The notes beneath the pieces were generated by a model. That model saw only the letters and a program-made list of their open reading frames with translations. It had not been told where the DNA came from and ran no database searches. Positions 63,181-64,000 of a stretch of DNA of 64,000 nt are shown piece after piece. Positions within the stretch are counted from its first letter, which is position 1. Every line of letters begins with the position of its first letter. This DNA is from Carpediemonas membranifera BICM (taxonomy: Eukaryota; Protista; Fornicata), in assembly GCA_019828565.1 (NCBI GenBank), contig JAHDYR010000011.1, forward strand, positions 195,072 through 259,071, read 5' to 3'. A program made the position numbers and the translations under genes.

Positions 63181-63774
63181 ATGAAGCCACTGACGAATCA
63201 GACGTTCTACGAGACTACTGATGAATTCAGGGAGCTCATTCAGACGAAGGAGTTCAAACTTGCTCTTGGACCGAAATTTATCAACCTAGCTGTCTTCGCC
63301 GATCCAAAACGCAAGCTCATTGCTGAATCGATCCTTCGACAGGTCCCTAGCGACTATATGACACCGATTGAGATAGTTAAGAAGTGCAAGATGCGTACTG
63401 TCACCAAGAAACCCCAGACCACCGTCACTGAGAAGGAAGTAGCCGCCGCCATCTCGCAGCGTTCGTCCTCCCGCCCCCGCGCTAACCCAGTCACAGAGAA
63501 GTCAGTCCGCAGCCGTCTGACGAACCTAGAAGTAGAGGACGAGGCGATGAACCACGGTCTCCGGATGTCCGACGAGTACGAAGTCCGGTCTGTGCTGGCC
63601 CTCTTCGCCACCATCGTTTGCCTCGCAGTCGTGGGTTATTTCCTCGGCGTGCTTGTGGGGGCCGAGCTCAACATGCGTCTGATCATGGCGACGGGCGGGT
63701 TGATCCTTGGTCTGCTGATGGACGCCAGCCTGCTCATCATCATGCACACAAAACTGCTCGGGTCCAAGCGGTGA
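63181..63774 (+). CDS. TMEM199/Vma12-like V-ATPase assembly factor
   Basis: RSRLTNLE helix followed by two C-terminal TM helices. Confidence 0.5.
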   Translation: MKPLTNQTFYETTDEFRELIQTKEFKLALGPKFINLAVFADPKRKLIAESILRQVPSDYMTPIEIVKKCKMRTVTKKPQTTVTEKEVAAAISQRSSSRPRANPVTEKSVRSRLTNLEVEDEAMNHGLRMSDEYEVRSVLALFATIVCLAVVGYFLGVLVGAELNMRLIMATGGLILGLLMDASLLIIMHTKLLGSKR

Positions 63775-64000
63775 AGGTAGGGAAAGATGAAAGCGGTGCG
63801 AGGGATTGCAGAGTTTCTGGATGAAATCCGGTCCATGGTGAGTGTCTCCTGGCGCCGTCCCGAGCGCAAGAAGTGCTCTTAGCCGGACACAATAAACGAC
63901 TCAAACTCGAGTCGCACGTCCAGTAGTAGTTTTTATCTGATTATTCATGTCTTCAAACAGGCTGTACGGGCCGCGAAGAAGAAGAGATGGCGTGGCATGG

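Overview
Gene-dense DNA from a flagellated anaerobic eukaryote, most likely a free-living fornicate metamonad such as Carpediemonas. This is inferred from a Giardia/Trichomonas-type arginine deiminase, an SF-assemblin/beta-giardin-like gene, RCC1-like paralogues and 28-61 nt spliceosomal introns that mostly end in ACAG, often CACACAG. About 35 host genes are recognisable, including HUS1, URM1, a Ska-like protein, Timeless, PAN3, NUBP2, a GNL1-like GTPase, a PIAS/Siz-like ligase, DNALI1, a kinesin, MSH2, a Furry-like protein, KAP3, YKT6 and CDC50. The standout is at 25.8-30.9 kb: two related, decayed Fanzor (eukaryotic TnpB-like RNA-guided nuclease) elements on either side of the PIAS-like gene. 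One is near full-length but frameshifted; the other is internally deleted. Neither has an adjacent transposase or clear terminal inverted repeats. Both share an unusual layout: TTGAA, a ~30 bp sequence, a left end rich in CGTCT motifs, the Fanzor ORF, hairpins (putative omegaRNA), then a second copy of the ~30 bp sequence. The presumed guide therefore matches a TAM-flanked target at the element's own left edge. All calls come from manual reading and motif recognition; no database searches were run.
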